Below are positions 55,906 to 64,000 of a DNA stretch of 64,000 nt, piece after piece. The notes below the pieces were generated by a model. The model ran no database searches and was not told where the DNA came from. It worked only from the letters and a program-made list of their open reading frames with translations. Where the stretch lies: positions 3,977,106-4,041,105 of the forward strand of contig CAVNZM010000003.1 of NCBI GenBank assembly GCA_963693365.1, read 5' to 3'. Both the position numbers and the translations under genes were made by a program. The stretch is from Amoebidium appalachense. Taxonomy: Eukaryota; Protista; Ichthyosporea. How positions within the stretch are numbered: the first letter of the stretch is position 1; every line of letters starts with the position of its first letter.

Positions 55906-57180
55906 CTATTGGCCACCCACCACAACCTGAACGTGGGCGGGCAGGGTTGTAAACTGCTCAATAAGCCTATCCGCTATCCCCGTGTGCAGAAACGGGGCAA
56001 AAAACCACCACTCGGCCGTAACCAAAATCACAGTCATAGTCAGGATCCAGTTAAAAGGAAACATAAGTATAAACCCCCGCTTGTGCAACCATCTTTCGAC
56101 AACAACAAAAACCCCGTGAGAAAGGAAAAACACAGACTGCTCTCCGGTTATCCTCCCGCTCCCCAGGTACACCAACATTTCGTGCGCCAGCGCGCTCACG
56201 AAAAAGCACGCAAGGACACCCACCACCCTATTCATCTCCTTGCTTAGACCCCCCTTGTTTCCCGAAATTCCTTCCGACCACCCACGCTTACTTTCTCTCT
56301 CTCCCCTCATTCGTTGCGCAACCTCCCCTTCCTTTCCTTTTCTCGAACTTCCCCCCACATACTTCACGACTCCCTCGCCGGCATCTGCACCCGATTTCAG
56401 TTGCGACGCCACTGATCGTGTCGCCCACGTATCTAATTTCTTCACGATTGGTCCATATAAAGTGTCCCTGAGCATCCAGTTAACTGGCAAATTCCATCTC
56501 CTACCCCAAAAGTCTCCCAAAGATGTGGAAAGGTACGGCATGTTGAAAGAACTCGAAACTGGGACTCCCAACATGAAAATCGTCAGTCCGCTTTGGAGCG
56601 CCATGGCCATTTCAGCACCGCAGTAAAGGATAACTGCGTATAGGGGTACCCTCTGTAAAGTGTTTTCCGTAGGGACGGTGAGAAGCACCTTCATAAAAAA
56701 GATCTCGACGATGAGGAAAATGAGTGATCGTAGGAAATTTCTCAAGTACAGGGAACGGTATGTGGTTTCTTGGGTAGATGGCAGAGCCTCTTGTGCTTGT
56801 GGGGAGGAATTGGGTTTATTTTCGTGCTTGTGTTTTTCCAGCCGCACAGGAAGAAAATACGCAGCACAGAATTGACTGAAGGACTTAAGGCTGGCCGCCT
56901 CGCCGTATCCAAAACATAACGCCAATGTTTTTTGCAAAATTAGCCATCCGCACATGAACCCGTAGAGCAGGACGAAGAAATCCTCATGATGCTGCTTGAA
57001 GAAATAGACTGATGCACCCGGAGCAGAGAGAATGATAGGAAGGGAAAGTAGGATGCGTGAACCGCCCCTCGACACGTTTTTTACGCAAAAATGAGTCCAG
57101 GCGGCGGCGGTAAATAGATAGATGTGGCAGAGAAAAAGGCGAACCACCAACGGAAATTCGTGCACAGTAGGAAACGGCAT
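55906..57180 (-). CDS. Membrane-bound O-acyltransferase, wax-synthase / long-chain-alcohol O-acyltransferase-like (MBOAT_2), 424 aa, intronless CDS
   Basis: Multiple hydrophobic helices, the family motif FNMPYLSTSLGDFWGRRWN, the catalytic-His motif FFVSALAHE, and C-terminal ITGEQSVFFLSHG..VVVE and TAEWWFFAPF. Confidence 0.9.
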   Translation of the reverse strand: MPFPTVHEFPLVVRLFLCHIYLFTAAAWTHFCVKNVSRGGSRILLSLPIILSAPGASVYFFKQHHEDFFVLLYGFMCGWLILQKTLALCFGYGEAASLKSFSQFCAAYFLPVRLEKHKHENKPNSSPQAQEALPSTQETTYRSLYLRNFLRSLIFLIVEIFFMKVLLTVPTENTLQRVPLYAVILYCGAEMAMALQSGLTIFMLGVPVSSSFNMPYLSTSLGDFWGRRWNLPVNWMLRDTLYGPIVKKLDTWATRSVASQLKSGADAGEGVVKYVGGSSRKGKEGEVAQRMRGERESKRGWSEGISGNKGGLSKEMNRVVGVLACFFVSALAHEMLVYLGSGRITGEQSVFFLSHGVFVVVERWLHKRGFILMFPFNWILTMTVILVTAEWWFFAPFLHTGIADRLIEQFTTLPAHVQVVVGGQ

Positions 57181-58159
57181 TTTAAAAGTGGCCCAGGGGG
57201 TTGTGCTTTTTCGTAAGTGGCATATGAAGGAGAGAAGGAATGGCGAGAGGCATAAAGGGGGGTGGAAAATGAGGCGGTATGAACCCGAAAGATGATTCCT
57301 GGCCTTGCTACCAGATGGTTACTGGAGGGATGCTAAAATGTGTACTCGGACGGTGTGCTAAAAAAGATCATACGGTTTCTCAGTTAATGTTAGAATGAAG
57401 ATGACTCAGTGGAAGAAGGCATATAGGACGCTGCATGAAACAAGCCTGCAGCCACTTAACCCTGTTTATGTGCTCTGTTGAAGAAACGAGTCCTTTCTGA
57501 ACCCTTCCCTGCTGCAGCTGCCCGGCAAGCTTGCATGTCACACACACGCACACCGTGAGCATGCAACTTCCAACTCTCTATAGTTGGTGACGAGCCCCCC
57601 CGCGGCTGTTATGATTATCTCAACATTCACGAGATACTGGGAGCAATGGAGATAACTGGGCTCACTGCTGCTTGTTTTAGCACCAAAATTCTTGTTCAAT
57701 AAGAAATAATTTTCTTTTGACTGAATTTATTTGACGGAAAGATATGCAAGTATGCACGGCATACTGAGAAGACAATAAAAACTTCACGAGTTATCCAGTA
57801 ACAAGTGCATACTGAGATACCTGAACATAAACTATAGAGTCTATCACCAATATGTAAATCCAGGCGGCTTTTTTGAAAAGGCACAGTTATTGTAGCATGT
57901 GGGGGATGAGAGGGGGGGGGGGGGGGGGGGGGGGGAGGGGGGGAGGGGGGGGTTTGATGAGCCCCATCCCTCTTTCCCCCCCATTTACCAACGCCACGTG
58001 CACTTCTGAATGTCCTCAGCCTAACCTCTTTCAAACTGGTCCTTCCTCTCGCTATCTCACTCCCTTTTTCTTTCTCTTCCTGTTTTTTCTGCCTTTTCAG
58101 GTTATTATCATACGCAGGATAAGTTTCTTTCCCGCTCTGAGAAAGAAATTCATGGGAAA

Positions 58160-58585
58160 ACTCGGTCTGCATGTGTTATGTTCCTTAGGCAACACCGTAC
58201 TGATCATTATCACTCCTTGGGAGCTTTGGCAGGATACATTTCCCCTGCTGTGTGTATGGATACCACCCTAGTAGATAAGTCTGTATGGTGCTCTGATGTT
58301 GAAATTGCATGGGAAGTTGTGCAGTGGCGTTGTAATTCTTGTTTTCATCGCCGTTGGTGCCACTTTTGTGCTGAGCTTTTTAATCGAAAACATATTGATA
58401 GGTGTGAGTTTTTACGTCGCGTTTTGCCTCTTTCCCTACGGGTGTCTGCTACACTGGCTGGTAATGTGAACACTCTAGACTTTTTGTTGAATTCTGTTGG
58501 TCGTCACATTGAGTATTTAGGCCTATATGATTTTCACACAGTGTTCAGGTATCTCAGTATGCACTTGTTACTGGATAACTCGTGA
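58160..58585 (+). mobile_element. 3' fragment of a non-LTR retrotransposon related to the 24.3-26.9 kb element
   Basis: Translation YISPAVC..LVD...VVQWRCN..CHFCAELFNRKHIDRC...VNTLDFLLN aligns by eye with YILPSC..LAD...AIQWRSN..CPNN..FNRSCIAKC...YNILDFILN of the element at 24.3-24.7 kb. Confidence 0.65.
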
Positions 58586-60159
58586 AGTTTTTTTATTGCC
58601 TCCCGTGCATACTTGCATGTTTTTCCGTTGAAGTAATCCAGTCAAAAAAATTTTTTTTGATGAGCATAATTAAAGGCATTTTTGTATTTTTTTCAATGAG
58701 ATATCTCTCATGCTTCTCTTTTGATGAGCATATCAATAAAGCCATTATAAAAAAAAAGAGGAGACACCTGGTGGGGGGGTTTAACAGCTTATGCTGTATG
58801 CTTTCATTGGCTGTTTCGGCACCACTTTGGAATGCACTGTGATGACGATTGAAGCGCGGCTCAGGGCATGTATCATATCCGTTCGTGACTGCCAGGGTGT
58901 AAGCCTAAAGCCAGCAGAACGCAACGTTGAAAGAATGAACAACCTTTATGCATTCAAAGTTGCGGAGTAGTGGTAAGCCTTCGGACCGTTTTGCACATTG
59001 AGAGCAAGAATTTCAAGCCCCGGAAGATACCTGATTTCGATTGGTTTTCGGGGTCTTTCAATCACTCAATTCCTATTGGCGCACCTAAAAACACGGCGGA
59101 CCCGTTTTTTTCAAGTTTTTTCTTGGAACGCACACTGGAACGCACAAGCCTTTATCCAAGCAAGGTGCCTTAACTTGATTCCCTTCATTGCCAGGCGAGG
59201 AAGAACTTTTTGCGTCGTTACAGCTGGGCTACCCTCACGCTATGCCCTTCTTTCGTATGCCACCACCATACATGACCGGTACCTCTCTCGGACATCTGCC
59301 TGCTTTATGTAGTACAGCCTTACAGTCAATGTGAATTTCTGGAGGTTATCCTCCCTCATTATTTAGTCGCATCAGCACTTCACCTGAGCAGGAGAAACCT
59401 CAGTGAAGCTCACAAAGGTAAACAGTCCTCACCTATCATTTACCTTTCGAGTTTTCATCACTATTGTTGCTAGGGCGTCCCCCCCCCACCTTTACCCTTC
59501 CCCCCTACCCGTTTTTCCCGTGCCCTCCTCGCCAGTCTTTGACCTCCAACCCCAGCGTCAACCACCACCACCGCCACCAAAGCGGCCACAGCCATTGCCA
59601 TTGCCATAATTAAGTTAGTGCTCTTTGCTCGAGGGAACCTTCTAAACCTGCCCAGATCTGAAGACTTCGAAGGCTGGGATAGGTTGCGCCTGTGAGATGT
59701 GTAAGCAAACTTGTGTTGTGACTTAAACACCAAACCATGAACGCCGTACTTGTTTACTGCATTTCGCTTAGATTTCCGTTAGCAGGTATGCGTCCAAGCA
59801 AGAATGAACTCACAGGCGCGCTTGTTAACGCACACGCACACCCCTATCTACCTCCTTACCCAGGTGCGCAGACACGAACATGGTTCATACACCCACATCT
59901 GCGGAAACACTTGCCAGTGTGTTCACTCCAACAACCCAGACATCGGCACATGCACAAATGCTCTCTGTACTTCTCTCACACATGCCTGCCTAGGAGATTC
60001 CAGCTTCTGCAGGCTCTTTCTCTTGTCGAGACCACCCCTCCCCCCCCCCCCTCTCCCCCCCTCTTCCTCTCCCACCCCCTCCTCTTTGCCACCCTTCAAT
60101 CAATCCAATTCCTATTTAAGCGGTTTTATTCATAGTTCTTACCCTTCCCACTCACGCAG

Positions 60160-62458
<2,299 letters not shown>

Positions 62459-62489
62459 GTAAGCCTTGGTGTTTTTTTTTTTTTTTTTT

Positions 62490-62566
<77 letters not shown>

Positions 62567-63602
62567 CGCATTCGAAGAGTATTCGAGCACGAAAAGCAGG
62601 ATGGTGGTGGTGCAGGGGACGGTTTTGGGGTGGGGTGGGGTGAGATGGCAGGGGGGAAGGGGGGATGGGGAGCGAAGGGTCAAGGGGGTGGGGAGAGGGG
62701 GGGGGGGGGGAGATGGAGGAGATGTCAAGGGGGAGGGGGGTTGGGGGGTGGGGGGGATGGAGCTGCATGAGTGAAAGGAGTTGGTGGCGTGCTTTTTGAT
62801 GTGCACGTGAGAGTTAAAAGGAGGGGGCAAGGGGGGGAAGGGGGGGATGATGGGTGCTTACATGTTTGCGTTTCATTTATCACTGCAAACCCTGCTTTGG
62901 GGATGGGTGCTAGATGGGTACTGTGTGCCTGTATAAATGGAAACTAGCCATAATATCGTTCGAGTATTTGTTGGTACACTGGTAGCACTTTGTGTTTGTA
63001 CTCTCATTCTGGCGTGGTTGAATTTCTAGATATACGAGGAGGAACATATAATATACGTTTTTCTTAAAGTGAGACCCCACATTTATCTCACTTTATGGTT
63101 GAATCTTGGATATACCACAGTTTCCTTATTTGTTCTTCACGTTCAATCATTTTCTCGGATCACCCAGCTCACACTTCCCTAATTTGTGGATATACAGTGG
63201 ATATTCTTCCTATCTCTCAAGACCACGTCTATCTCCACCAGTGCAGTCATATCTGCCACCCTTCCAGCTGTCGTCACATACCTAATGGACTTATATACGA
63301 AGGTAGAACCCCCCTTAACCAGCACTTCCCCCCCCCCCCCCCCCCTCCTCGCCCAGCTTCTCTAGCTTTTTGCCAAGGTGGGTCGATTTCCCGAATAGCG
63401 TTCAAGCAGATGATAGATTGGAACCCACACGTGAGAGATTGACATTTGAAAACTCGTCCACATGAACCCTTGATGATGGGGTCTGTTCAGGTGCCTTCTT
63501 TCTGCACAACTCGGCCTGCACAATTGTCTTTGGTGCCTGGTTTGTACTGTTGGTTTGGTAATAACAACTTTATGTCTTTGCTTTCAAGTTTGTCACCAGC
63601 TG

Positions 63603-63633
<31 letters not shown>

Positions 63634-63770
63634 TTTCCACCCTCCCATCTCTCCCTTAATCCCCCCCCCCCCCCCCCCCCCCCCCCCTCCCCCCCTCCTC
63701 CCCCCACATACACACATACAAACTCATCCATGCACGGAGATGTGCGCGCATCCATGCACACACACACGCG

Positions 63771-63801
<31 letters not shown>

Positions 63802-63802
63802 G

Positions 63803-63833
<31 letters not shown>

Positions 63834-64000
63834 ATCTTACAGGGCCGGGGCCCCAGCCCAGTACGACAGCTATTAGCCATAACCCTCGCCTGTGCCGGAT
63901 CAGCACTCAGCATTTGGATCTCGGTCGGAACAGATCACAAAATTTCGCGATCTTCCCCGATCGGAGTAGGACTTTGCATAGTCTCGGTGCTAATCGGCGC

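Noticed and set aside
63840-64000. Possible DNA-transposon left end (cagggccgg...) with a short inverted repeat gccggatcagcac / gtgctaatcggc
   Set aside because: Truncated by the window edge, with no partner terminus or target-site duplication visible.

Overview
Eukaryotic genomic DNA with many introns. The introns are packed with (CA)n/(GT)n, (CT)n/(GA)n and poly-C/poly-G tracts, so most entries in the ORF track are microsatellite artefacts. By following GT/GC-AG junctions and reading phase by hand I rebuilt several genes. These are a minus-strand coiled-coil gene ending in a DEK_C-like domain (about 3.1-5.2 kb) and a 16-exon TBC1D22/Gyp1-type Rab-GAP (9667-21985). Also present are an intronless Ser-rich coiled-coil gene (28.4-29.2 kb), an intronless wax-synthase-type MBOAT (55.9-57.2 kb) and the 5' part of an EamA/DMT-like transporter (from 60160). 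Mobile DNA includes a frameshifted non-LTR retrotransposon (24.3-26.9 kb) and a related 3' fragment (58.2-58.6 kb). The main finding is a 21-exon gene (32773-52160, about 895 aa) that fuses an apparently catalytically intact Schlafen/AlbA_2 RNase domain to an NB-ARC-type STAND NTPase. It has atypical Walker B and MHD motifs and no repeat sensor domain, so it is a candidate NLR-like RNase immune effector. Other notable signals are a ~400-bp intronic, sense-oriented repeat family with covarying RNA stems that ends at poly-C, repeated duplication of splice-junction segments, and introns bracketed by complementary simple repeats. All gene models are manual and unverified by transcript data.
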